A stretch of 51,214 bases of DNA from contig CAIMMJ010000362.1 of the NCBI GenBank assembly GCA_903842515.1, positions 1-51,214 on the forward strand, given 5' to 3'. Shown here one piece after another: positions 18,720 to 28,178 of the stretch (within the stretch, counting starts at the first letter, position 1; each line of letters opens with the position of its first letter). This stretch comes from an uncultured Bacteroidota bacterium. GTDB lineage: Bacteria > Bacteroidota > Bacteroidia > UBA4408. The position numbers were made by a program, and so were the translations under genes. The notes beneath the pieces were generated by a model. That model was given only the letters and a program-made list of their open reading frames with translations. It searched no databases and was not told the origin of the DNA.

Positions 18720-19517
18720 TTAAAAAGTATAACCTAAACATAGGCCACATCTAAATCCGCTAAATGGAATTCCTGTTATGCTCCCTCCAACTGTTCTATT
18801 ATCAATTTTTACATCAGATTTTGCATTTTTAAATGGAAGATCGCCACCATCTACTAAATCTTCTAATGAAGCTTTTACTTGGGTTGCTCCACCTACTTGA
18901 GTAATTAAATCACCTTCTGTTGTAACTTTTACTTTTGCATTGCCATAGTGAGCACCAGTTATCCACCAATCTAAACTTAACCTATTTTTAAATACCCATT
19001 GAGCTCCAAACATAAGTCCTCCGGCTATTCCGCTATAAGATATTTTTGTGTCAACGGGTTCTCCAACAAATCCTATAATTGGATCGCTCGGAATTGTTAC
19101 TGTAGTGTTTATTATAAAATTTGAATACCTTAAATAGGGCGCCAAATAAAAACCATGTGGAGCTTGATGTTCAGACTTTTTCCCAGGATAAAATCTAAAT
19201 TCAGGTGTAATAGCATAGCCAGTAAATTTTAACTTTCCTAATTTAGCACCATAAGTATCATTACTATTTAATTGGTTTGATATATTGGAAGAATAAGGCA
19301 ACATAAATCTGGCGCCTAGGGCAGTCGACATATTTTTATGAAAAGCATATTCGTACTGAAATGAAAAATTCCTAAGCGGCAAAGCAAATAAGTTCAGTTT
19401 CACATTGTGCGGACGTTCAATTTCGCTTCTTGATTTTTTTGTACTTGCATTAACGTTAAAAGCGTTTGTTAAAAGCAAACATATTGCAAATAATGACCAT
19501 AGAAAAGTTTTTTTCAT
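18720..19517 (-). CDS. Outer-membrane beta-barrel protein (DUF3575-like)
   Basis: 265 aa with a signal peptide (…LLLTNAFNVNAS). It shows alternating amphipathic strands, ITPEFRFYPG...GFYLAPYLRY, and a C-terminal aromatic residue (…CLGYTF). Confidence 0.55.
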   Translation of the reverse strand: MKKTFLWSLFAICLLLTNAFNVNASTKKSRSEIERPHNVKLNLFALPLRNFSFQYEYAFHKNMSTALGARFMLPYSSNISNQLNSNDTYGAKLGKLKFTGYAITPEFRFYPGKKSEHQAPHGFYLAPYLRYSNFIINTTVTIPSDPIIGFVGEPVDTKISYSGIAGGLMFGAQWVFKNRLSLDWWITGAHYGNAKVKVTTEGDLITQVGGATQVKASLEDLVDGGDLPFKNAKSDVKIDNRTVGGSITGIPFSGFRCGLCLGYTF

Positions 19518-19587
19518 AAAGATTGGGTTTTAGTTTAGGCAAAAAAAAATTGTTATAAAAACAGCATTAATATAATGAAAAAATTTA

Positions 19588-19992
19588 CTAATACACAAAA
19601 TTCATTTCAATTTCTGTGTTTTCAGATAGGCTTAAACCAACAGGGCAGGTTCTTGCAGCCAATTCTAGTATTTTTTTTTCTTTATCGGAAAAGTTATTTT
19701 TTGGAAAATTAACGCTAACAATTATTTTTTCTACCCGACGTGGATTTGCCGCCATTATTTTTTCTACGTTACACAACGTTCCATCAATATTTATAGCATG
19801 AGTGTTTCCGGCAATACCCATTAAAGTTAGCATACAAGCTGCCAATGAAGTGCTCATTAAATCTGTTGGAGAGAATGCTTCTCCCTTTCCCTGATTATCT
19901 AATGGAGCATCAGTAATAATTATTTGTCCTGATTTTATATGTGTGGCTTTGGTTCGCAAGCCTCCTAAATATTCAACGGTTGAAATCTTCAT
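19588..19992 (-). CDS. OsmC/Ohr family peroxiredoxin-like protein
   Basis: 134 aa. PTDLMSTSLAACMLTLMG and ...ARTCPV, the two conserved Cys contexts of the OsmC family. Confidence 0.8.
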   Translation of the reverse strand: MKISTVEYLGGLRTKATHIKSGQIIITDAPLDNQGKGEAFSPTDLMSTSLAACMLTLMGIAGNTHAINIDGTLCNVEKIMAANPRRVEKIIVSVNFPKNNFSDKEKKILELAARTCPVGLSLSENTEIEMNFVY

Positions 19993-20025
19993 TTTTTAAA
20001 CATTAAAAATCAACAAGTAAAAAAA

Positions 20026-23000
20026 TTAATACAAAACAGTAATGGTTCCTTTCTTTTCAGTCTTACCACACTTGGTATTGGCTGATATGTAATAAAAATA
20101 AACTCCAGCAGCTACTTTTTTACCATTATATGTTCCATCCCATTCGTCTTCAATGGATTTCCAAGTAAACATATTTTCTCCCCAACGGTTATAAATATTA
20201 CCCTCTAAAGTTATGTTTTCTGAACTTACTAATTTATAAATGTCATTAAAAGAATCTCCATTTGGTGTTACTGTATTTGGAATAAACAAATTTAATAAAG
20301 TACTTTCTACTTTAATTTCTGCAGACTCTGATAACAGAGCCATTCCGCAACCGTTTACTCTGCAGCGATACAAGTATCCCTCAAATGATTTGTCAACATT
20401 TTTAACGGTTAATTTAGAATAATTAGCACTATCTAATTCATCTATTGTGTTTATAGCAGTAAATGGAAGTCCGGGACCTTTGCTAGTAAACCACTGAAAG
20501 GTATTGCCTGTGCCAATTGTACTTATTTCAAAACTAACGTCCTTTTGTGAACAAGTTGATACATCCAATGGCTGAACAATAATTTCGGGTAATTTGCTTA
20601 CTGTAATTTTGGCAAAGCTAGTGGCAAGAGGTGGTGGACAAGTACCACCTATTAAGCACCTAACTTCATAACCGTCTAAACTGTCTTCAGCAAAATCTAG
20701 GGTAAGATTGGGAGAGTTTGTTCCAGAAAAATTAAAACTAGACGAGGAAATATCTGATACAACACCGTTTCTTTTTATTTGCCATTGATAGGTTAAACCA
20801 TCTCCAACAGCTGCAACAGAAAAGCTTCCGGATTGATTCTTGCAAACAACAATTTCTTTTGGCTGTTCTCTGATTATTGTTTTTTCTAAAACAGTTAAAA
20901 CAACAGGGATGCTAATTAACTGGCCACCACAATCAAATAAAACACACCTAAATGAGAGTCCATTTAAACTCATGGCAGTAATTATTTTTAATGTATCGGC
21001 TTGCACTCCAATGTAACTTTGATTGTTAATCAAATTCACATACCCCAAACCTGCATCAATTTGCCACTGATAAACAACGGATGAAGGGCCAGCGCTAATA
21101 AAAAACTTTGCAGTATCGCCACTGCAAACTGTTACTGGAACAGGTTGTGAATTTATGACCGGTAAATTACTATTTACAGTTAATGTTGCGGATTGCGAGT
21201 TTACTGGTGCAGAGCAAACACCTGTTACAATACATCTAAATTGATTGTTGTTGTTTGCTACAAGTAAATTGGATACTGTAAGCTGAGCAGATAAAGTACC
21301 AAAAAATTGGCCACCTTCAACTAAATTTGTGTATGATGCTCCACCATTAGTGCTGATTTGCCATTGGTATGAAACTCCAGTTGTATTTGCTGCAACGTTA
21401 AAAATAACAGTTTGATTTAAACAAGCACTTGCATTTTGAGGTTCGTTGATGATGGTAGTGCCTTGGTCAAAATTAATAGTAATTTCTATGGATGTAGCTG
21501 CAGGCGGACAATTACCTCCAACTTGACATCTTATTGTTGCACCGTCCCATGCCACGTCAACCGGGCTAAAATTTATATTGCCGGAGTTTGCACCAGTTAC
21601 TCCTCCTCCATTAAAAATAGGAACATAGCCGCCTCCGGTATTTACTTGCCACGAATAACTTGCTGCATCAGTGGCAACAACACTCAAGGAAAGATTATCT
21701 CCTGGGCAAAGTGTAGGTGGTTGAATAGGTTGTGTGCTAATTTGTGCGGCATTGGTAACATTTAATGTGCAAGCATTTGTAAAAATATTACCTGTACATG
21801 AAGGCAGTCTTACTCTAAATACCCACCCGTTGTTGGTTGGTTGCACTGGGTTTATGTTTATGGTAGAAGTTGTTTGGCCTGTTATTCCGGCAAATCCATT
21901 GGCATCAGCAAATGTAACTCCACCGTCGGTACTTATTTGCCATATAAAATTTGTAGAGTTAGAAATTCCTGCGATAATATTTGTGTTGGCACCTACGCAG
22001 GCATTTACGGTTGCAGGAGGCTGTGCAGTTATGGTAGGATTTCCAACACCGATAGATAAAGTAGCATTGTTGCTAATAACAGTGTTTCCGCCACAAGTGC
22101 CAACTGTTGTGCACTGAAAAACATAACCATCCATTGCTGAAGTTAAACCTGTTATGGTAAGAGTGGGTAACGTAGGATCGCCATAGGTGGCATCTTGCAC
22201 CACTTGCGTAAATGTTGCTCCGTTGTTTGTGCTTATCCACCATTGATAAGTAGGAGCAGCAGAACCCGATATTGCAGCCGTAAAACTGGCATTATCGCCA
22301 ACACAAGCACTAGTAGAACTAGGTTGAGTAGAAAAACTTACAGCGCCCGACGAAACATTAAGTATAGCAGAAGGAGAATTAAGTGTGGTAGGGCAGCCCA
22401 CATTAACCACGCACCTGTATTGGTTGTTGTTTAGCGCCGCAGTAACGTTTGAAACTGTTAGCACCCCTGTTGTTGCACCCGAATAAGGAGCTGAATTTGT
22501 TACATTGGTCCATGTAATTCCATTATCTGTGCTTATTTGCCATTGGTAAGTAGTGCCGGGCTGCAGGCTTGTAGCATCAAAGCTTGCATTTTGCCCTACA
22601 CATATAGATTGGTCTGCAGGAGTATTGAACAAAGATACTATTTGAGTGCTAGTGAATTTAACTCTTGCTTGCGCAGGTCTCTGAAAATATTCTATCACCA
22701 ATTCAGTTGGGCCGCTTAAACAAATTCCATTGGGGAATGCAGTTAGTGTTGTTCGGATGTTGTTTGCAAAAGTTCCTTCTAAAAAGGCATCTAAGATCCA
22801 AGTTGCTCCACCGTCAATACTTAATCTTACGCCATCGTCACCCTGTATGGTTAGAGTATACCTTCCGGGTGCATAATTTTCTATTCGCTTAAATCTAATG
22901 CTTACATTGCTGTATAAATTATTTCCACAGTCAATACTGGTTTGGTCAAAGAAGGTTCCTGGTATTCCGTTTCCTTGGTAATCGTTGTCAAACGACAAAG

Positions 23001-23619
23001 AGTTTTGAACGGTGTGCCCAATGTAGTTTGATGGAGAAAAAAATACTTGGGCATTTACTAAAGTAGAATTATCCAATAATGTTCCTGGGCCAACAGTAGG
23101 AATCCAAGAATAGTGATGTGCTATCCATTGGTTGTTGCCAAAATCTGTTTGAGGTACGGCAGGAACAGTTACAATTGGTGGAGTAATTGTTATGAAGCCG
23201 TTGTTATTACCACCATTTATTGCAGGATTTGAACTAACTGCCCTTGCTGTGTAGCCCGTTGCTGCAGGAGCTCCCACAGGTATAGTTACTCTAATGTAAG
23301 AATTAGCAACATTTCCATTCCAAATATAATTTGCACTTGGTGTGTAGGTAACGTTATCTAAGCTAAAAGCAATTGTTGTGCAGGTTGTCCAATTAAATCC
23401 AATTCCTAAATTAGACATTTGCATAGTAATAATACTACCATTGTTTAGTCCTTGAAGGTTGTTCAGTCTAAATGTAAGTGTTCCGCCTGCACACACCGAA
23501 ATAGGATTAGAAAATGGCTCAACCTGCGTTATATCTACAAATTGAGCTTTTGTGGATTCAATACATCCAAGAATTGAAAAGACAATTAAAACAAAAAACT
23601 TTGCAATCTTATTTTTCAT
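20026..23619 (-). CDS. Large secreted adhesin-like protein: PA14-like domain, eight Ig-like repeats, T9SS type-B (gliding-motility-associated) C-terminal sorting domain
   Basis: 1197 aa with a signal peptide. PA14-like segment GRYTLTIQGDDGVRLSIDGGATW. Eight ~85-95-aa repeats each carry C.G....F and a (Y/F)(Q/I/S)W(Q/W/F) motif (TYQWQISTDNG, TYQWWISTNNG, NFIWQISTDGG, SYSWQVNTGGG, SYQWQISTNGG, VYQWQIDAGLG, TYQWQIKRNG, TFQWFTSKGPG). The C-terminus is IPNTVTPNGDSFNDIY...NRWGENMF...WDG...G..VAAGVYFYYI. Confidence 0.85.
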   Translation of the reverse strand: MKNKIAKFFVLIVFSILGCIESTKAQFVDITQVEPFSNPISVCAGGTLTFRLNNLQGLNNGSIITMQMSNLGIGFNWTTCTTIAFSLDNVTYTPSANYIWNGNVANSYIRVTIPVGAPAATGYTARAVSSNPAINGGNNNGFITITPPIVTVPAVPQTDFGNNQWIAHHYSWIPTVGPGTLLDNSTLVNAQVFFSPSNYIGHTVQNSLSFDNDYQGNGIPGTFFDQTSIDCGNNLYSNVSIRFKRIENYAPGRYTLTIQGDDGVRLSIDGGATWILDAFLEGTFANNIRTTLTAFPNGICLSGPTELVIEYFQRPAQARVKFTSTQIVSLFNTPADQSICVGQNASFDATSLQPGTTYQWQISTDNGITWTNVTNSAPYSGATTGVLTVSNVTAALNNNQYRCVVNVGCPTTLNSPSAILNVSSGAVSFSTQPSSTSACVGDNASFTAAISGSAAPTYQWWISTNNGATFTQVVQDATYGDPTLPTLTITGLTSAMDGYVFQCTTVGTCGGNTVISNNATLSIGVGNPTITAQPPATVNACVGANTNIIAGISNSTNFIWQISTDGGVTFADANGFAGITGQTTSTININPVQPTNNGWVFRVRLPSCTGNIFTNACTLNVTNAAQISTQPIQPPTLCPGDNLSLSVVATDAASYSWQVNTGGGYVPIFNGGGVTGANSGNINFSPVDVAWDGATIRCQVGGNCPPAATSIEITINFDQGTTIINEPQNASACLNQTVIFNVAANTTGVSYQWQISTNGGASYTNLVEGGQFFGTLSAQLTVSNLLVANNNNQFRCIVTGVCSAPVNSQSATLTVNSNLPVINSQPVPVTVCSGDTAKFFISAGPSSVVYQWQIDAGLGYVNLINNQSYIGVQADTLKIITAMSLNGLSFRCVLFDCGGQLISIPVVLTVLEKTIIREQPKEIVVCKNQSGSFSVAAVGDGLTYQWQIKRNGVVSDISSSSFNFSGTNSPNLTLDFAEDSLDGYEVRCLIGGTCPPPLATSFAKITVSKLPEIIVQPLDVSTCSQKDVSFEISTIGTGNTFQWFTSKGPGLPFTAINTIDELDSANYSKLTVKNVDKSFEGYLYRCRVNGCGMALLSESAEIKVESTLLNLFIPNTVTPNGDSFNDIYKLVSSENITLEGNIYNRWGENMFTWKSIEDEWDGTYNGKKVAAGVYFYYISANTKCGKTEKKGTITVLY

Positions 23620-23799
23620 TGTTTTTTTAATGATGTTTTATACTTTATTTTAAATAATAATCCGATTTACAAATTTGTGCCTTCAATAAAAAGTTAAAAC
23701 TCTATTGGAGTGAGTAAAAATAGTAAACATTTTTGTTTTTTTATATCACCTCAACTTAATTAGTTCTTTTAACATTTTAAATGCCCAAATTTTTGTTTG

Positions 23800-23807
23800 T
23801 ATTTTTG
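23800..23807 (+). promoter_or_regulatory. Bacteroidota -7 promoter box TATTTTTG upstream of trmD
   Basis: Exact TAnnTTTG 52 nt upstream of the trmD start. It is embedded in the 15-mer TGTATTTTTGCAAAA, which recurs upstream of the NifU-like gene (34464-34478). Confidence 0.35.
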
Positions 23808-23858
23808 CAAAATCAATAGAACTAATTTGAGTTTTTTATCCAAGTAATCCTACTAATT

Positions 23859-24536
23859 TTGAAAATAGATATTCTTACCATTCATCCTCAATTGTTGCAA
23901 AGCCCATTTGAACATTCCATTTTAAAGAGGGCAATTGATAAAAACTTGGTGGATGTAAAACTTTGGGACATCAGAAAATTTAGCACACACAAACAAAAAA
24001 GTGTTGATGATTATGCTTTTGGTGGGGGTGCAGGAATGGTTATGATGATTGAACCAATTGACAACTGCTTGCAAGAGGTAAAAAAAGAAAACCAACCTGA
24101 CGAAGTGATTTATTTAACACCTGATGGTGAAGTTCTCTCACAAAAGCTGGCCAATCATTTATCAACATTAAAGCACATAGTAATGATTTGCGGCCACTAC
24201 AAAGGAGTTGATCAAAGGGTAAGAGACAACTTTGTTACCCGCGAAGTTTCTATTGGCGATTACGTTTTAAGCGGAGGAGAGCTTGCTGCTGCCGTGCTTT
24301 CTGATGCCATAATTCGTTTAATTCCCGGGGTGTTGTCTGACGAAACATCGGCATTAACAGATTCTTTCCAGGACGATTTGCTTGCCCCACCTGTATATAC
24401 CAGGCCCATGGAGTATAAAGGATTAAAAGTGCCCGAAGTACTTTTTTGTGGCGACCATAAAAAAATAGAAGAATGGCGCCACCAACAATCACTCGAAAGA
24501 ACAAAAAAACTACGTCCTCACTTAACTAAGGAGTAA
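23859..24536 (+). CDS. trmD: tRNA (guanine37-N1)-methyltransferase TrmD
   Basis: 225 aa. KIDILTIHPQLL, DDYAFGGGAGMVM, CGHYKGVDQRV, SIGDYVLSGGELAA. TTG start at 23859. Confidence 0.92.
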   Translation: MKIDILTIHPQLLQSPFEHSILKRAIDKNLVDVKLWDIRKFSTHKQKSVDDYAFGGGAGMVMMIEPIDNCLQEVKKENQPDEVIYLTPDGEVLSQKLANHLSTLKHIVMICGHYKGVDQRVRDNFVTREVSIGDYVLSGGELAAAVLSDAIIRLIPGVLSDETSALTDSFQDDLLAPPVYTRPMEYKGLKVPEVLFCGDHKKIEEWRHQQSLERTKKLRPHLTKE

Positions 24537-24631
24537 GATTTAGGTTTGATGAAAAGATTTTTTAAAAATAAATACCATTATTTGGTCGAAAAAGAAATTT
24601 GTTGTAATATTGCCGTCCCAAAAATAAAGCC

Positions 24632-24979
24632 ATGGACAAAATTAAATTTGTAGAAGAGCAATCAATAAAAGTACAAAAACATCCTTCATTTAAGGCAGGA
24701 GATACCATTACCATTCATTATAAAATCATTGAGGGTACAAAAGAAAGAATTCAGTTGTTTCAAGGTGTTGTTTTGCAACGCCGTGGATCAGGAGTAAATG
24801 AAACTTTTACCGTTAGAAAAATGTCTAGCGGAGTAGGAGTAGAGAGAGTTATTCCTATTGTATCTCCAAATATCGACAAAATAGAATTAAATAAAGTGGG
24901 TGTGGTAAGAAGAGCAAGAATCTATTACTTAAGAGAACTTACTGGTAAAAAAGCCAGAATCACCGAAAAAAGAAATTAA
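24632..24979 (+). CDS. rplS: 50S ribosomal protein L19
   Basis: 115 aa. [33 protein letters not shown]...FTVRK.S.GVGVER.. It occupies the conserved trmD-rplS position. Confidence 0.95.
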   Translation: MDKIKFVEEQSIKVQKHPSFKAGDTITIHYKIIEGTKERIQLFQGVVLQRRGSGVNETFTVRKMSSGVGVERVIPIVSPNIDKIELNKVGVVRRARIYYLRELTGKKARITEKRN

Positions 24980-25014
24980 ATTTCAAATTCTACATTCCGC
25001 TCCGGCGGAGAAAG

Positions 25015-25045
25015 CCACTTTGCTTGTGCAAGGTGGTTTTTTTTT
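25015..25045 (+). terminator. Rho-independent terminator of rplS
   Basis: Stem CCACTTTGC (25015-25023) / GCAAGGTGG (25028-25036, one G-U pair), loop TTGT, then nine Ts (25037-25045). A second small GC hairpin, TCCGC-TCCG-GCGGA, sits at 24996-25009. Confidence 0.85.
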
Positions 25046-25068
25046 GGAGAATTTTCACAACATAAAAA

Positions 25069-26100
25069 TTATTCGAAATTCCACCATTCTTCAAATGTAT
25101 TTTCCGCTAAAAAATCTACAACTTCGCCAATCTTTGGCGTAAATAAATTTATCTCTTTTTCTTCTGCTGCTATTTGCACTCTTTTTACAGGTGCGTTCCA
25201 AGGGTGAAGGGCCAAAGAAAATTTTCCCCAATGCACAGGAAAAAGTTTTTTAGCCCCTAGTAATTTCACTGCCATTGCTGTTTCTTCGGGTTTCATGTGT
25301 ATAAATGGCCATTTATCATTGTATTGCCCACATTCTAGAAGTGCCAAATCTATTTCTGGAAATTCTTTTCCAATGGAAGCAAACGTTTTTTTATCAAAAC
25401 CCGAATCTCCTCCCATAAAAATTTTTAATCCTTGATACTCTAAAATAAATGAACTCCACAATGTTTGGCAGCGTTTTATTAGTCTTCCTGAAAAGTGCCT
25501 CGAAGGACGACAATAAAAATTAAATCCATCAATGCTGATACTTTCTCCCCAATTTAGTTCAGTAATTATTTTTTTGTCTACTCCCCAAAACTCTAAATGT
25601 TCGCCCACACCAAGCGATGTAATAATGTGCTTGGTTCTGCTTTTTATTTCTTTTATTGTTTTGTAATCTAAATGATCGTAATGGTCGTGAGTTAAAATTA
25701 AAAAATCTATTTCTCCAATGCTTTGTGGTTTATAAAATTCGGTTCCTTTAAATTCTTTTGCAAACAAACTAAGGGGTGAGGCATTGCCGCTAAACACGGG
25801 GTCAACCAAAATTTTTTTATTATCAATAAGTATCATGTAGCTAGAATGCCCAAACCAAATAATAGAAGGTGAACTCGCCGAAATATTTTTAAGATTGGTT
25901 TTTACTATTGGAATTTCGTTTTTAGGAACTTTGTTGTTATCAGAGAATAAAAAATCTCTTATAACGCCAATCATCGAAACTCCCTCTGCCATTGGTGGAG
26001 TTTCTAAAATATTTTCAAAAGAACCTTTGTTGTAATTATTGGAGTTCTGAATTTTTATTTTTCTCTCTCCTCGTGGAAGTTTACCGTAAGTATTTATCAC
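25069..26100 (-). CDS. MBL-fold metallo-hydrolase (NAPE-PLD-like)
   Basis: 343 aa. HxHxDH motif LTHDHYDHLD, plus later GGDSG and HW motifs. The only start in the open frame before residue 37 is a GTG at 26100, directly abutting the stop of the upstream gene. Confidence 0.8.
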   Translation of the reverse strand: MINTYGKLPRGERKIKIQNSNNYNKGSFENILETPPMAEGVSMIGVIRDFLFSDNNKVPKNEIPIVKTNLKNISASSPSIIWFGHSSYMILIDNKKILVDPVFSGNASPLSLFAKEFKGTEFYKPQSIGEIDFLILTHDHYDHLDYKTIKEIKSRTKHIITSLGVGEHLEFWGVDKKIITELNWGESISIDGFNFYCRPSRHFSGRLIKRCQTLWSSFILEYQGLKIFMGGDSGFDKKTFASIGKEFPEIDLALLECGQYNDKWPFIHMKPEETAMAVKLLGAKKLFPVHWGKFSLALHPWNAPVKRVQIAAEEKEINLFTPKIGEVVDFLAENTFEEWWNFE

Positions 26101-26931
26101 TTAATTGTGCCTGCTGTACCTGCCGTAGAATAATCCGTTGCTAATAGTAATTACCTGAGAAGAACTAATATTTTTGAGTTTGCAATTAAAACTAGCTTTT
26201 ACAATTACAATATCTTGGTTGGCTAAATCTTTTCCTACACTAAAATTGGTAACGTTAAAAGATTGTCCACTTTGATTGGTATCAAAGCTGCTAAATATAT
26301 TTCCAGTCCCATCATAGTAACGAATTTCAACACCTAAATTAGTTGTAGCTTCGTTTGGTAGATAACTTTTTTGCCCTGCCGCAAACATTGTTTTAAAAGA
26401 AGTTGAATCTGGCTCTGAACCCTGAAAAAAAAGCTTTCCAAAATTTACATCTATTCCTTTCCCTGCGCTGTTGTCAAAGCCGTATCCAAAAAAACCACTA
26501 CTGTTATTAGGAGGTAATGTTAAATTTAGATTGGAAGTAAATGCAGCGGTTGTGTTGGCATCGTCTAATGTAAATTCAAATGGGGAGCCATCTATACTGC
26601 CTTTGCAATATTCTTCTATTGAATTAATTTGAATTTCTAAAGATTTTGATTTTTCAATCTTTTTTTTCTTCGTAATACCAGTAAGCGTTACAGTAAATTT
26701 TCCGGGTTTGGAATATTTTTTCTTTGGATTTTCTTCTGTAGAGGAGATGCCATCGCCAAAATCCCATTCATAGGTCGCTGCGCCCTGCGTTCCGTTGATG
26801 AATTCTATTTCCTCACCTACATCTACAGAAGTTTTAGAAACTACAAATTGAACAGTAGGATCAGCTTCTTTGCACGAATGCAAAAATCCCAAAGAGATTA
26901 AAAGAACTACAACAACAGAATATTTGAGCAT
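26101..26931 (-). CDS. PKD-domain lipoprotein
   Basis: I start it at ATG 26931 (MLKYSVVVVLLISLGFLHSC, a lipobox with Cys); the longer track ORF would overlap serC. PKD signature: F.N.T.GA.TYEWDFGDG....E.NP...Y..PG.F.VTL. Confidence 0.75.
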   Translation of the reverse strand: MLKYSVVVVLLISLGFLHSCKEADPTVQFVVSKTSVDVGEEIEFINGTQGAATYEWDFGDGISSTEENPKKKYSKPGKFTVTLTGITKKKKIEKSKSLEIQINSIEEYCKGSIDGSPFEFTLDDANTTAAFTSNLNLTLPPNNSSGFFGYGFDNSAGKGIDVNFGKLFFQGSEPDSTSFKTMFAAGQKSYLPNEATTNLGVEIRYYDGTGNIFSSFDTNQSGQSFNVTNFSVGKDLANQDIVIVKASFNCKLKNISSSQVITISNGLFYGRYSRHN

Positions 26932-26956
26932 ATTTTTTATTGTATAAATTGTGGTA

Positions 26957-28033
26957 TTATGCAAATTTTTGCTCAAAAGCTTTCATTACTTCAATTAGCG
27001 CTTCTACACTTTCTACCGGCAAAGCATTGTACATAGAAGCTCTGTATCCGCCTACATCTCTGTGTCCGTTTAAGCCAGATATTCCTGCCTCTTTGGTCAT
27101 TTTTTCAAATTCTACTTCGTGTGATTTACCATTGTCAGTCATTACAAAATTAGCATTCATGTTACTTCTGTCTTCCACCTCTACTGTGCCTTTAAACATT
27201 AAATTTCTGTCTATTTCGGCATATAATAAATTTGCTTTTTTGTTATTAATTTTTTCTATCCATTCTACACCACCATTTTCTTTTAACCATTTCATGGTAA
27301 GTAAACTAACATAAATCGGAAAAACGGGAGGTGTGTTATACATAGATTCTCCTTTGATGTGAACGGAATAATCTAACATAGAGAGTAGTTTTCTGCCTGT
27401 TTTTCCTAAAATAGATTCTTTTACAATAACCAGTGTAGAACCTGCCGGGCCCATGTTTTTTTGTGCACCTGCGTATATCAAATCAAATTTTGAGGCGTCA
27501 ATTTTTCGGCTAAAAATATCACTGCTCATATCGCATACCATACTTACCGGAGTAATTGGAAATGTTTTTAGTTGAGTACCGTATATGGTATTGTTGCTTG
27601 TAATATGTAAATAATCAAGATTAGAAGGTATGGCATATTTTTTTGGAATATAGCTAAAGTTTTTGTCTTCGCTTGAAGCAACTACCACTGTTTCTCCAAT
27701 TAATTTGGCTTCTTTAATGGCTTTGCTTGCCCACACGCCTGTATTTAAATATCCTGCCTTGCCATCCGTTTTAAGTAAATTGTAAGGCACCATTGCAAAT
27801 TGGAGGCTTGCCCCACCACCAACAAATATAGTTTGATATCCATCTCCCAAGCCAAGCAATTCTTTTGCAAGTGCCCTTGCTTCTTCCATCACATTAATAA
27901 AATTCTTACTTCGGTGCGAAATTTCTAACAAAGACAAATTAAGATTGTCGAAATTTAATACTGCCTCGGCAGATTTTTTTAGTACTTCTTGAGGTAAAAT
28001 TCCAGGACCTGCGCTAAAATTGTGAACTTTCAT
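26957..28033 (-). CDS. serC: 3-phosphoserine/phosphohydroxythreonine aminotransferase SerC
   Basis: 358 aa. NFSAGPGILP, YAGAQKNMGPAG (PLP lysine context), HRDVGGYRASMYNA. Confidence 0.95.
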   Translation of the reverse strand: MKVHNFSAGPGILPQEVLKKSAEAVLNFDNLNLSLLEISHRSKNFINVMEEARALAKELLGLGDGYQTIFVGGGASLQFAMVPYNLLKTDGKAGYLNTGVWASKAIKEAKLIGETVVVASSEDKNFSYIPKKYAIPSNLDYLHITSNNTIYGTQLKTFPITPVSMVCDMSSDIFSRKIDASKFDLIYAGAQKNMGPAGSTLVIVKESILGKTGRKLLSMLDYSVHIKGESMYNTPPVFPIYVSLLTMKWLKENGGVEWIEKINNKKANLLYAEIDRNLMFKGTVEVEDRSNMNANFVMTDNGKSHEVEFEKMTKEAGISGLNGHRDVGGYRASMYNALPVESVEALIEVMKAFEQKFA

Positions 28034-28178
28034 AAATGTAAGAATAGTGTTTTGTTTTCTTAAAAACCAAAAGTAAGGAATCTTTTAAAATTTGCACTAA
28101 ATTTCATTGTAGAAAATTATCTAGATATGAAAATGACTTTTGGCTATACCAAACCGCAATCTTACCTTTGCCAACATT

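Noticed and set aside
20240-22892. Nine plus-strand ORFs (60-127 aa) inside the type-B T9SS adhesin gene
   Set aside because: They are antisense to a 1197-aa ORF with clear signal peptide, repeat and sorting-domain structure. Their Cys/Arg-rich low-complexity translations are typical of the antisense of Thr/Gly/Asn-rich repeats.
28163-28170. Exact TAnnTTTG box (TACCTTTG) upstream of the fused E1 gene
   Set aside because: It lies only 8 nt before ATG 28179, which would put the transcription start at or inside the start codon. It is probably a chance match unless the mRNA is leaderless.
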